Below are positions 1 through 9,150 of a stretch of 64,000 bases of DNA, piece by piece. Positions within the stretch are counted from its first letter, which is position 1, and each line of letters begins with the position of its first letter. The stretch comes from Candidatus Shapirobacteria bacterium. GTDB taxonomy: Bacteria; Patescibacteriota; Microgenomatia; UM-FILTER-40-11. The translations under genes and the position numbers were made by a program. The stretch spans positions 68,492 through 132,491 of the forward strand of contig JAGVBK010000003.1 of NCBI GenBank assembly GCA_020059745.1, given 5' to 3'. The notes beneath the pieces were generated by a model. That model worked only from the letters and a program-made list of their open reading frames with translations. It had not been told where the DNA came from and searched no databases.

Positions 1-915
1 GCTGTTTTGGCAAGGGGGATGGTTGGGCTTTTAGTAATTTATTTAATCTCTCCCTGGAGGGTTGGCCTTGCTTTTTCCAAAGACTCTTTAAAAAGGCTTC
101 TTCGTTTTGGAGTTCCTTATCAAGCCAATACCATGATGGCAGTTTTAAAAGATGATTTAATGACAATCTTTTTGGGAAGGATTATCGGCCCTGTTGGCTT
201 AGGTTATTTGGGTTGGGCAAAAAAATGGGCAGAGCAGCCCTTAAGGTTTTTTATGGACAATGTTTCAAAAGTGGCGTTTCCTGCTTTTTCCCGGCTTCAG
301 GACGACAAACAAAAACTAACAAATGCCGTAGAAAAATCTTTGTTCTTTTTGGCTTTTCTTACTTTTCCGATTTTAGTCGGATTTTCTGTTTTGGCCTCTG
401 ATTTGGTAAAAATAATTCCCAGGTATTCAAAATGGGAGCCTGCGATTTTAGCGCTTTACCTTTATGCCTTTAACAGTGCTTGGGCAACTATTTCAACACC
501 AATGACAAACCTTTTAAATGCCACCGGAAACATTAAAAAGACTTTTAAGCTGATGGTTATGTGGCTTATTTTAACTTGGGCCTTAATGCCGGTTTTGGGC
601 TTAAGGTTAGGTTACAACGGGGTCGCAATTGCTGCTTCTGTTATTTCTTTATCTTCAGTCGTGGCAGTATTGGTTGCCAGGAAAATTGTCAGTTTTAATC
701 TTGTTAATCCTGTTTTAAAACCGCTTGCCGCTTCTTTGCTGATGGGAACGGTGATTCATTTCTTAAATCCCGGCTTTTCAAGTTTAACAGCCTCAATTGT
801 ATTCAGGCTCTTTGCCGGTGGGGTTTTATACTTTCTTTTTTCCTACCTTTTTATCGGAAAAACTTTATTTGCCGACATTGAAAAAGTTTACCTCGAGTTT
901 AAGAGAAGAAAATGA
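1..915 (+). CDS. Polysaccharide biosynthesis flippase of the Wzx/MOP family, C-terminal part. The gene is truncated at the window start.
   Basis: Open frame runs from nucleotide 1. The product is multi-TM and hydrophobic with the periodicity typical of the Polysacc_synt_C region of Wzx-like transporters. It abuts the next gene with an ATGA overlap. Confidence 0.6.
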   Translation, partial: AVLARGMVGLLVIYLISPWRVGLAFSKDSLKRLLRFGVPYQANTMMAVLKDDLMTIFLGRIIGPVGLGYLGWAKKWAEQPLRFFMDNVSKVAFPAFSRLQDDKQKLTNAVEKSLFFLAFLTFPILVGFSVLASDLVKIIPRYSKWEPAILALYLYAFNSAWATISTPMTNLLNATGNIKKTFKLMVMWLILTWALMPVLGLRLGYNGVAIAASVISLSSVVAVLVARKIVSFNLVNPVLKPLAASLLMGTVIHFLNPGFSSLTASIVFRLFAGGVLYFLFSYLFIGKTLFADIEKVYLEFKRRK

Positions 916-2594
916 CAAAAATTCAAAAGTGGCTTTTAGTTTTTCTTTTGGTGGCAGGAACCTTTTGCCAAAGCCTGACAATGTTTAGAAGCGGGCTTTC
1001 CTATGATTTTGGTATTGGGTTTTGGGGGGCAAACGGCCACGACGGAATTTGGCATCTTTCGCTAATTAATCAGGTTTTTTCAGGTTTTCCTCCAAACCAC
1101 CCAACCTTTTCAGGACATCTTTTAACTAACTACCATTATTTTTATGATTTGATTATCGGCTTTTTTAATAAGCTGACTTTAATTCCGGTAAAAACTCTCT
1201 ATTTTCAAGTTTTTCCAATATTTATATCTTTGTTTATTGGAATTTTATCTTTTTTGGTTGGCTACCGGATAAAAAAAAATTTCTGGACCGGTTTTTGGTT
1301 TGCATTTTTTAATTACTTTGGCGGCTCTTTCGGCTATTTTGTCACACTTGCCAGGGAGGGAAAAATCGGAGGTGAGTCACTCTTTTGGTCAATGCAGTCA
1401 ATTTCAACCCAGATAAACCCGCCTTTTGCTTTTTCTTTAGTTTTACTTCTTTTGGGAATTTATTTATTGCAATGTAAAAAAAGCTTTGTAAAAGCATTTT
1501 TTTTAATTTTAATTTTTGGCATTCTTCTTAATGTTAAAGCTTACGCCGGGGTTCTCGGCTTAACAGGTTTAGCGTTTTACACTTTTTTTTCATTTCTGAA
1601 AAGACAAGAAGAAAAAAAAGAGAATTTTCTTATTTTTGGTTTTGCAACTTTTTTAGCTTTTGGTTTGTTTTTTATGGTGAACAGCAAGGCAAATTCTCTT
1701 TTTGAATTTAAACCTCTTTGGTTTACCCGGTCATTAATTGAATCACAAGACCGGCTTTATCTTCCCCAACTTGCCTTGAACCTTCAATATTTAACCGCAA
1801 AAGGAATGGGGGTGAAGCGTTTTTTAGTTGAAGTTCTTGCCATTTGCTTGTTTGTCATTGGCAATATGGGAACAAGAGTAATCGGTTTTTTATCGCTTCC
1901 CAAAAGGGGTAAGCAAATTACGGGAATGGACGCTTTTTTACTACCGGCTTTGACGGTTGGATTTTTGGTGCCGTTTTTTTTCGTGCAAAAGGGGACCGCC
2001 TGGAACACCATCCAGTTTTTTTATTATTTTCTTTTCTTTATTAACTTATATGCGGCCCAAAGCTTGGCAAAAATTAGTCTTCAGAAAAAAGCAGGAGTTT
2101 TAGCAGTGTGTTCAGTCATTGTTTTAACCCTGCCGACCACGATTTCATCTTTAAAAAACTATACCGGCTGGCCGCCGCCTTCTGCCTTGCCCAACGAGGA
2201 GGCGGAAGCGCTTTCTTTTCTAAGGAAAAAAGAAAAAGGGATTGTTTTAACCATGCCTTTTAATAAGTATAAAAAGGGAAGTTACGACCAAACGCCGCTG
2301 CCTTTGCATGCCTATGAAAGCACGGCCTATGTTTCTGCTTTTTCTGAAAAACAAACCTTTTTAGAGGACGAAATGAATCTTGATATTTCCGGTTATCCCT
2401 GGAAAGAAAGAAAAGCTGATGTTGAAAAATTCTTTACTTCCAATGACCCTGTTTGGGCAAGAAACTTTTTAAAAGAAAACAACATCCGCTATATTTACCT
2501 TCCGGCAGCAATTGATTTGCCCAGCGATTTGGGTTTGGAGATGATTTTTGGGAATGAAGAATCGAGAATTTATGCTGTCAGTGATAAAATCTAA
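912..2594 (+). CDS. Polytopic membrane protein, possibly GT-C-like, with a soluble C-terminal domain of about 150 aa. Function unknown.
   Basis: 560 aa ORF. There are more than 10 predicted TM helices, then a hydrophilic C-terminal domain. The start overlaps the upstream stop. No DE loop motif, so it is not assigned to the ArnT/PMT family. Confidence 0.45.
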   Translation: MTKIQKWLLVFLLVAGTFCQSLTMFRSGLSYDFGIGFWGANGHDGIWHLSLINQVFSGFPPNHPTFSGHLLTNYHYFYDLIIGFFNKLTLIPVKTLYFQVFPIFISLFIGILSFLVGYRIKKNFWTGFWFAFFNYFGGSFGYFVTLAREGKIGGESLFWSMQSISTQINPPFAFSLVLLLLGIYLLQCKKSFVKAFFLILIFGILLNVKAYAGVLGLTGLAFYTFFSFLKRQEEKKENFLIFGFATFLAFGLFFMVNSKANSLFEFKPLWFTRSLIESQDRLYLPQLALNLQYLTAKGMGVKRFLVEVLAICLFVIGNMGTRVIGFLSLPKRGKQITGMDAFLLPALTVGFLVPFFFVQKGTAWNTIQFFYYFLFFINLYAAQSLAKISLQKKAGVLAVCSVIVLTLPTTISSLKNYTGWPPPSALPNEEAEALSFLRKKEKGIVLTMPFNKYKKGSYDQTPLPLHAYESTAYVSAFSEKQTFLEDEMNLDISGYPWKERKADVEKFFTSNDPVWARNFLKENNIRYIYLPAAIDLPSDLGLEMIFGNEESRIYAVSDKI

Positions 2595-2600
2595 ATAGAT

Positions 2601-3485
2601 ATGCCAAAAATATCAGTAGTCGTTAACACCTATAAAGAAGAAAAAAATATTCAAAGGTGTCTTGCGTCGGTTAAAGACTTTGCCGGGGAAATCGTGGTGG
2701 TTGACATGCATTCAGATGACAAAACAGTAGAAATTGCCAAAAAATATAATGCAAGAGTTTTTTATCATGACTATACTCGCTATGTTGAGCCGGCAAGGAA
2801 CTTTGCCATAACAAAAGCAAAAGGCGACTATATTTTTATTATTGATGCCGACGAAGAGCTTTCTTCTACCCTTGCTTCAGAGCTGACTCGAATCGCCAGA
2901 GAAGGGAAAGTTGATTATGTTGAGATCCCTAGGAAAAACATAATTTTTGGAAAATGGATAGAAAACAGCCGCTGGTGGCCTGATTACCTCATTAGATTTT
3001 TTAAAAAAAATAAAGTTAAATATTCAACCGAGATTCATGTTCCTCCTAAAGCTGAAGGAACCGCACTTAAGCTTGAGGCCCGCGGAGAGTTTGCCATTGT
3101 TCACCATAATTTTCAATCTGTTTTTCAGTACATAGAGAGGCTTAACCGTTATACCGATATTCAATCGGAGGAGATTTTTAAAAAAACCGAAGTTTTTGAC
3201 TGGAAAGATTTGGTGTTTAAGCCGGCGAATGAATTTTTTTCCAGATTTTTTGCCGCAGAGGGCTACAAGGATGGGCTTCATGGCTTGGTCTTAGCCTTAC
3301 TCCAGGCTTTTTCTGAATTTATTTTATATCTCAAAGTTTGGGAAAAGAAAGGCTTTAAAGAAGAGAAAATTAACGAGTTTAATAAAGTATCCATTAAAAT
3401 AATTAAGGATTATTTTTATTGGCTGGAAAGAACCACAAAGAACTCGCTTGAAAAACTTCGTTTAAAGATTAAAGCAAAAATTTAA
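2601..3485 (+). CDS. Family 2 glycosyltransferase.
   Basis: The N-terminus reads ISVVVNTYKEE...VVVDMHSDDKT. A DADE (DxD-type) motif is present. It is paralogous to the GT2 genes at 7286 and 35175, which share a C-terminal WWPDY motif. Confidence 0.8.
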   Translation: MPKISVVVNTYKEEKNIQRCLASVKDFAGEIVVVDMHSDDKTVEIAKKYNARVFYHDYTRYVEPARNFAITKAKGDYIFIIDADEELSSTLASELTRIAREGKVDYVEIPRKNIIFGKWIENSRWWPDYLIRFFKKNKVKYSTEIHVPPKAEGTALKLEARGEFAIVHHNFQSVFQYIERLNRYTDIQSEEIFKKTEVFDWKDLVFKPANEFFSRFFAAEGYKDGLHGLVLALLQAFSEFILYLKVWEKKGFKEEKINEFNKVSIKIIKDYFYWLERTTKNSLEKLRLKIKAKI

Positions 3486-4903
3486 TGATTTTATTAATTC
3501 TTTTTGTTGCTGCACTGCTTAGGTGGTACGATTTGCCTAAAATGACAATTTTTTTAGGTGAACAAGGCAGGGATTTGATAATCGCAAATGACATTTTAAG
3601 CGGAAAATTAACTTTATTAGGTCCGCCAACAAGTATTTCCAATGTTCATTTTGGGCCTTTTTATCACTATTTTAATGCCTTTTTTCTTTTTCTTTTTGGC
3701 CGAGACCCCATTGGCCCGGCAATTGGTTTTTCTCTTTTATCCATTGTTTCCGTTTATTTAATTTATTCAACTGCGTCATTGCTGGGGCACAAAAAGGCAG
3801 GCTTGATAGCATCCTCTCTTTTTGCGATTTCTCCTTGGATGGTTGAGTACGGAAGAAGCACCTTTAACTCTTTTTTCATAACCTCTTTTTCTGCTTTTTC
3901 TCTTTGGAGTTTAGTTAAATTCTTAAAGACAGAGAAAAAAAATCAGTACTTTTTTCTTATACTTTCAGGGATTTTTGCCGGCTTGGCGGTTCAGGCAAAT
4001 TTTTTGGCAGCAGGAGTGCCTTTGGGTTTAGTTTTATTACTTTTATATAAAAAAATTTCTTTTAAAAAACAGATTTTTGCCTGGGGAGGACTATTTTTGG
4101 CAATTTTTCCATATTTAGCGTTTGAGTTAAGACATGATTTTTTTAATTTCCGCGCCTTTTTGTCTCTTTCGGGAGAAGGAAAGGCAGTTTCTTTTTCCTT
4201 CCTTGGGTTTTTGGGAAAGATTTTTTTTAATTTTTCAGAGGCAGTATATTTTTCTCTTTTTTATTCTTATCCCCGCCTGCTTACTGTTTTGGCGGCAGCG
4301 GCAATTGCTTTCGGTGTTTTTACCGTCTTTAATAAAAACCGGAAATCCGAGTTTTTGGGCTTAAATCTTTTTTTATTGTTTTCAGGTTTGATAGTGGCTA
4401 GCCTGTATCCTGGCCAAATTCTTGTTCATTATTTGGGAGCGCTTTACCCGTATATTTTTCTTCTGACGGGGATTATTTTTGAAAAGATAATTCTTGGAAG
4501 ACTTAAGTACTTGGGCTTATTTCTTTTGGCAAGTTTAGTAATCCTCAATTTAGGCAAAATAAGTTTCTCTCAGAAAAACATGCCCGAAGGCTGGGACTTG
4601 GAAGGCGTAAGAAAAACTTCCTTTATTATTGTTAATGATGCTGCTGGCGATTTTAACATTGCTAATCTTTTGGACGGCGATACCCGCGCTTACACCTACC
4701 GTTATTTTGTACAATTGGCAGGAAAAACTCCAAAGAGAGTTGAAGAGTATCCTGTCTCGGATACTTTGTATGTTATCGGAAGGGACACGGAGAATATTTT
4801 GAATTATCCGGTTTGGGAGATTAGCTCTTTCTTGCCGGCTGAGATATCAAAAAAATGGGCTATCAAAAACGGGATTAGTCTTTTTAAATTAGAAAAATTA
4901 TGA
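3485..4903 (+). CDS. GT-C-like polytopic membrane protein with weak ArnT/PMT-like features.
   Basis: 472 aa and multi-TM. A SPW...R segment resembles the SPWH..SR box of the paralog array. It lacks the DE loop motif. The start overlaps the upstream stop. Confidence 0.4.
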   Translation: MILLILFVAALLRWYDLPKMTIFLGEQGRDLIIANDILSGKLTLLGPPTSISNVHFGPFYHYFNAFFLFLFGRDPIGPAIGFSLLSIVSVYLIYSTASLLGHKKAGLIASSLFAISPWMVEYGRSTFNSFFITSFSAFSLWSLVKFLKTEKKNQYFFLILSGIFAGLAVQANFLAAGVPLGLVLLLLYKKISFKKQIFAWGGLFLAIFPYLAFELRHDFFNFRAFLSLSGEGKAVSFSFLGFLGKIFFNFSEAVYFSLFYSYPRLLTVLAAAAIAFGVFTVFNKNRKSEFLGLNLFLLFSGLIVASLYPGQILVHYLGALYPYIFLLTGIIFEKIILGRLKYLGLFLLASLVILNLGKISFSQKNMPEGWDLEGVRKTSFIIVNDAAGDFNIANLLDGDTRAYTYRYFVQLAGKTPKRVEEYPVSDTLYVIGRDTENILNYPVWEISSFLPAEISKKWAIKNGISLFKLEKL

Positions 4904-5778
4904 TTTCAATTATTTCACCGGTTTATAACGAGAAGGAAAGCTTAAAAGAACTTTATCAAAGAGTTGCCGAAGTTTTTAAAGATAAAAAGTTTGAATTAAT
5001 TTTTGTGAACGACGGCTCAACCGACGGGTCAGGTGAAGTTATTGAGGAAATTGCCAAGAAGGATACAAAAGTCCGGCTTGTTAGTTTTAAAAGAAACCAG
5101 GGGAAATCGAAAGCTTTAATGGCTGGTTTTGAAGCGGCTAAGGGAGAAGAGATAATTACCATGGACGCTGATCTTCAAGATAGGCCGGAAGAGACTCCCA
5201 AGCTTATTTCCGAGCTTTCACGATATGATTTGGTTTCCGGTTGGAAGAAGAAAAGAAACGATCCTTTTTTAAGTGTTGTTTTTTCCCGGGTTTTTAATTT
5301 TGTGGTTGGTATCACTACCGGGGTTTATCTTCATGACATTAACTGCGGGCTAAAAGCTTACCGCCGGGAAGTAACGGAAAACATAAATCTTTATGGAGAC
5401 CTTTACCGATTCATTCCGGTGTTGGCGTCAAGAGAAGGATTTAAGGTTGGTGAAATTGAGGTCCAGCATGAACAAAGAAAATATGGTTCATCCAAATACG
5501 GTTATTCAAAATTTTTGCGCGGATTTTTTGATTTGTTTACAATTTTGTTTTTAACAAATTTTAAGTTAAGGCCGCTTCATCTTTTTGGCTTAATCGGAGG
5601 AGTTATGATTTTAATGGGTTTAATCGCCTGCTCATATTTAACAATTGTTTGGTTTTCCGGAGAAGCTATCGGAGGCAGGCCGTTGCTCTTTTTGGGCGTT
5701 CTTTTAATAATTTCGGGGTTGCAGTTTTTTTTATCAGGGCTTTTGGCCGAGCTTATTATTTATTACAAAGAAAATTAA
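4900..5778 (+). CDS. Polyprenyl-phosphate sugar synthase of the GT2 GtrB/ArnC/DPM1 family.
   Basis: The N-terminus reads ISIISPVYNEKESL. It contains VNDGSTDGS and DADLQD motifs, plus two C-terminal TM helices characteristic of bactoprenol/dolichol-phosphate glycosyltransferases. Confidence 0.8.
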   Translation: MISIISPVYNEKESLKELYQRVAEVFKDKKFELIFVNDGSTDGSGEVIEEIAKKDTKVRLVSFKRNQGKSKALMAGFEAAKGEEIITMDADLQDRPEETPKLISELSRYDLVSGWKKKRNDPFLSVVFSRVFNFVVGITTGVYLHDINCGLKAYRREVTENINLYGDLYRFIPVLASREGFKVGEIEVQHEQRKYGSSKYGYSKFLRGFFDLFTILFLTNFKLRPLHLFGLIGGVMILMGLIACSYLTIVWFSGEAIGGRPLLFLGVLLIISGLQFFLSGLLAELIIYYKEN

Positions 5779-5781
5779 TTC

Positions 5782-6360
5782 ATGAAGGAGAGCCAAGATA
5801 AAAAGAAGTACACCCATTTTATAAAAAGAAAGTTTGTAGATTTTTTTCTTAATAAAATCAATGAAAAGATTGATGTATTGGACGCGCAAAAGATTGTTGA
5901 TATTGGGTGTGGGGAAGGATACCCTGAAAGTTTTTTTCTGGAAAGAAAGCCAAATTTAAAAATTACCGGAATAGATACTAACGACCAGCATTTAAAAGAA
6001 GCAAAGAAAAAAAACCCGAAAGCAGAATACATAAAAGGAGATATCTATAATTTAAATTTCAATAAAGATTTTTTTGATTTAGCGATTGTTTTAGAAGTGC
6101 TTGAGCATCTTAAGGAGCCCAATGTTGCCGTTGGGCAAGTTAAAAAAATATCCAAAAAGGCGATTTTTTCTGTTCCTTACGAGCCTTGGTTTTCTTTACT
6201 ATCCTTTCTTGGCGGAAGTTATATTAAAAGCTTAGGTAGACATCCTGAACATGTGAATTTTTGGAATATTGAGTCTTTTAAGAAAATGCTTCTTAAAGAT
6301 TATGGTAAAGTTAATATTGAGTTAGCCTTTCCCTGGATAATTGCCGTATGCGAAAAGTAG
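5782..6360 (+). CDS. Class I SAM-dependent methyltransferase.
   Basis: Motif I reads VDIGCGEGY. An acidic loop follows, then VLEVLEHL (the motif II/post-I region). Confidence 0.75.
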   Translation: MKESQDKKKYTHFIKRKFVDFFLNKINEKIDVLDAQKIVDIGCGEGYPESFFLERKPNLKITGIDTNDQHLKEAKKKNPKAEYIKGDIYNLNFNKDFFDLAIVLEVLEHLKEPNVAVGQVKKISKKAIFSVPYEPWFSLLSFLGGSYIKSLGRHPEHVNFWNIESFKKMLLKDYGKVNIELAFPWIIAVCEK

Positions 6361-7289
6361 CCTTAATAATTTTAAACTGGAACGGGTTTGAAATGACCCG
6401 CAATTGCCTCTCCTCAATTGTGAAAGCCGACGTAAAAGATTTTAATCTTGAGATATATGTTGTTGATAATGGTTCAACAGACGGAAGTACTGAGCGCCTA
6501 AGAGAGTTAATAGACAATTCGCTGATTACCGGTAACCGGTCACCGATCACTCTCAGGCTGATCGAAAACAAAGAAAATCTGGGGTTTGCGGAAGGAAACA
6601 ATGTGGGAATAAGAAAGGCTTTAGAAAATAAAGCGGATTATGTTTGTTTGCTTAATAATGATACCAGGGTTGATAAAAACTTTCTTGTTTTTTTAATAAA
6701 AGCGGCAGAAGAAGAAATAAATGCAGGAGTTATCGGGGGGAAAATTTATTTTGAAAAAGGATTCGAGTATTTTAAGGATAAATACAGTGAGAAAGAAAGG
6801 GGCAATGTTATCTGGTACGCCGGAGGGAAAATAGACTGGCTTAATGTTTACGCTTCCCATCGGGGAGTAGACGAAGTTGATAAAGGCCAGTATGAAAAAA
6901 GGGAAGAAACAGAATATGTTAATGGTTGCCTGATGCTGGTAAAAAAGGAAGTTTTTGAAAGAATCGGCCTTTTTAACCCCCAATACTATCTTTATTATGA
7001 AGAAAATGATTTCTGCCAACGAGCCAAAAAAGCAGGCTACAAGCTTTTTTATGAGCCGAAGTCAGTGATTTGGCACCTTAATGCCGGCTCTTCCGGCTCA
7101 GGTTCTGATCTTCACGATTATTTTTTGACCAGAAACAGAATGCTTTTTGGGATAAAACATGCTCCTTTCAAATCGAAAGCTGCTTTGCTAAAGGAGAGTC
7201 TTTGGATTTTAAGAAAAGGCAGAAAATGGCAGAAAAAGGCAATTTTGGACTTTTACAAAGGAAATTTAGGAAAAGGATCTTGGAAATGA
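6348..7289 (+). CDS. Family 2 glycosyltransferase of the rhamnosyltransferase-like subgroup.
   Basis: Contains ALIILNWNG...VVDNGSTDGS...RLIENKENLGFAEGNN, the typical GT2 signature. The DxD region reads LLNNDT. A heptamer-repeat patch lies inside the CDS at 6524-6550. Confidence 0.8.
   Translation: MRKVALIILNWNGFEMTRNCLSSIVKADVKDFNLEIYVVDNGSTDGSTERLRELIDNSLITGNRSPITLRLIENKENLGFAEGNNVGIRKALENKADYVCLLNNDTRVDKNFLVFLIKAAEEEINAGVIGGKIYFEKGFEYFKDKYSEKERGNVIWYAGGKIDWLNVYASHRGVDEVDKGQYEKREETEYVNGCLMLVKKEVFERIGLFNPQYYLYYEENDFCQRAKKAGYKLFYEPKSVIWHLNAGSSGSGSDLHDYFLTRNRMLFGIKHAPFKSKAALLKESLWILRKGRKWQKKAILDFYKGNLGKGSWK
6524..6550. repeat. Degenerate heptanucleotide tandem repeat of the GGTNACC family, inside a GT2 CDS.
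   Basis: GATTACC GGTAACC GGTCACC GATCAC at exact 7-nt phase. It encodes LITGNRSPI. Confidence 0.6.
6541..6578. repeat. 38-nt tract nearly identical (37 of 38) to 20526-20563 in a diverged GT2 paralog.
   Basis: Here it reads caccgatcactctcaggctgatCgaaaacaaagaaaat; the other copy differs at one position (...gatAgaaaac...). Flanking codons are much more diverged. Confidence 0.7.
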
Positions 7290-8062
7290 AAAAAGAATTG
7301 AAACTGTCCGTGATCATTCTTACTAAAAATGAAGAAGACATTATTGGCGACTGTTTGGAGTCGGTTAAATGGGCTCCGGAAGTTGTTGTGGTTGACCATT
7401 ATTCTACCGACCAAACATTAAAAATCGTAAAAGAACACGGAATTAATAAGATTTATGTCGCAGACGAAAAATCCAGTTTTTCGGAAAGAAGGGATCTTGG
7501 TGCTCAAAAAGCGCAAGGAGAGTGGCTTTTATATGTCGATGCCGACGAGAGAGTAACACCGGTTTTAAGAAAAGAAGTTGAGGAGGTTATCAAAGATAGC
7601 AACTTTTCAGCTTATGCAATTCCAAGAAGAAATGTCAGGTTAACTAAAGAACTTCATTTTGGCGGTTGGTGGCCGGATTATGTTCTCAGGCTGATGAGAA
7701 AAGACAAGTTAAAAACCTGGAAAGGAGACTTGCACGAGCAGCCGGAAATTGAAGGAGAAACAGGCTATCTTAAGGAAGCCCTTGTTCATTTTAGCCACCG
7801 GGGCAGCTTGGAACATAAGTTTAAAAACACGATTAATTGGTCAAAGATTGAAGCCCAAAAAATGTTTGATGCCGGGCATCCACCAATGAATGTCAAAAGA
7901 TTTGTTTCTGCCATGTTTAGAGAGTTTTACAAAAGAGCAGTTAAGCTGCAGGCTTTTAGGGACGGAACAGAAGGGATAATTGAAGCTTTTTATCAGGTTT
8001 TCAGCGTCTTTATAAGTTATGCCAGGCTTTGGGAGATGCAAATTGAGTCAAAAAAGAAATGA
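7286..8062 (+). CDS. Family 2 glycosyltransferase.
   Basis: Contains LSVIILTKNEEDII...VVVDHYSTDQT...DADE and a WWPDY motif. I prefer the ATG at 7286, which overlaps the upstream TGA as ATGA, over the lysine-rich upstream extension from 7202. Confidence 0.75.
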   Translation: MKKELKLSVIILTKNEEDIIGDCLESVKWAPEVVVVDHYSTDQTLKIVKEHGINKIYVADEKSSFSERRDLGAQKAQGEWLLYVDADERVTPVLRKEVEEVIKDSNFSAYAIPRRNVRLTKELHFGGWWPDYVLRLMRKDKLKTWKGDLHEQPEIEGETGYLKEALVHFSHRGSLEHKFKNTINWSKIEAQKMFDAGHPPMNVKRFVSAMFREFYKRAVKLQAFRDGTEGIIEAFYQVFSVFISYARLWEMQIESKKK

Positions 8063-9150
8063 AAAAAACAAGCACGACAAAAACACTTGGCATATTTGAT
8101 CCTTATTTGGATACTCTTGGTGGGGGAGAAAGGTACTGCCTTTCCCTTGCCGAAGCAATGCTTAAAAAAGGTTGGAAAGTGGATCTTTTTTGGCAGGATG
8201 AAACTATTAAAGAAAAGCTAATAGAGAGATTTGGTTTGGAAATTAAGCCTCTTGGTTTTGTTAGCTATTCACCGGGAAAATCTCTTTTTGAGAGAAGAAA
8301 ATTTGAAAAAAAATATGATGTTTTGTTCTATGTTTCTGACGGCAGTATTCCTTTCATGTTTGGAAAGAATAATTTTCTTCATTTTCAGGTCCCTTTTACC
8401 AACCTCTCAAAAAAACCTGTTCTAAATTCTATAAAATTAAAAAACATTAGAAAAATTATTTGCAATTCCGACTTTACTAAAGGCATTATTGATTCGGGCC
8501 TTAAAGCCGATTCTCTTGTCGTTTACCCTCCGGTTGACATTACCCCGCTTAAGCCGTTAAAAAAGGAAAACACTATTCTTTCTGTCGGCCGTTTTTCTCA
8601 GCTTTTGCAAGGGAAAAGGCAAGATGTTTTGATTGATGCTTTTAAGGTATTGGTTGATAGACATTCCATAAATAATTGGCAATTGGTTTTGGCAGGGGGA
8701 AGCGAGATAGGAGGAAAGGAATATGTAGAAACGCTTAAAAATTTGGCCAAAGGATATAACATTTTGATTATTGAAAACCCTCCTTTTGCCGAGCTTCTTA
8801 AGCTATACGGAAAAGCTAAAATTTTTTGGACTGCTTCAGGGTTTGAGGTTGATGAAGAAAAAAATCCGGAAAAAGTTGAACACTTTGGCATGACAACCGT
8901 TGAGGCAATGGCAGCCGGGTGCGTGCCTGTAGTTATGGCAAAAGGAGGGCAAAAAGAAATTGTAAAAGAGGGTGAAAACGGTTTTTTGTGGTTAGCAAAA
9001 GAAGAGCTTGTTAAAAAAACTCTTGAGATTGCCGGTAACGGCCAATTAATGAAGAAACTGTCAGAAAATGCTATCCTAAGGAGTGAAGCCTTTTCAAAAG
9101 AAAAATTTTCCGAAAAAATTTATCAAATTTTCGAGAATGAAAGAAAGTAA
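8059..9150 (+). CDS. Family 4 glycosyltransferase with a GT-B fold.
   Basis: The C-terminal half has the EX7E-like region FGMTTVEAMAAGCVPVV that is typical of GT4. Confidence 0.75.
   Translation: MKKTSTTKTLGIFDPYLDTLGGGERYCLSLAEAMLKKGWKVDLFWQDETIKEKLIERFGLEIKPLGFVSYSPGKSLFERRKFEKKYDVLFYVSDGSIPFMFGKNNFLHFQVPFTNLSKKPVLNSIKLKNIRKIICNSDFTKGIIDSGLKADSLVVYPPVDITPLKPLKKENTILSVGRFSQLLQGKRQDVLIDAFKVLVDRHSINNWQLVLAGGSEIGGKEYVETLKNLAKGYNILIIENPPFAELLKLYGKAKIFWTASGFEVDEEKNPEKVEHFGMTTVEAMAAGCVPVVMAKGGQKEIVKEGENGFLWLAKEELVKKTLEIAGNGQLMKKLSENAILRSEAFSKEKFSEKIYQIFENERK

Noticed and set aside
6311-6601. Antisense small ORFs at 6311-6601 (-) and 20374-20577 (-) sharing the peptide RFSLFSISLRVIGDR.
   Set aside because: They lie entirely antisense to strongly supported GT2 genes. 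The shared peptide is just a by-product of the 38-nt near-identical tract. Neither has an independent start or RBS context.
7202-7285. Upstream in-frame extensions of several genes in the ORF track: 7202 for the 7286 gene, 9083 for 9137, 43158 (TTG) for 43209 and 62016 for 62058.
   Set aside because: The extensions are lysine/arginine-rich, overlap the preceding gene extensively and precede an ATG that gives a canonical family N-terminus, for example MKVLVTGGAGFIGS and MKVLLLNP. The downstream ATGs were chosen, and the exact start sites remain uncertain.
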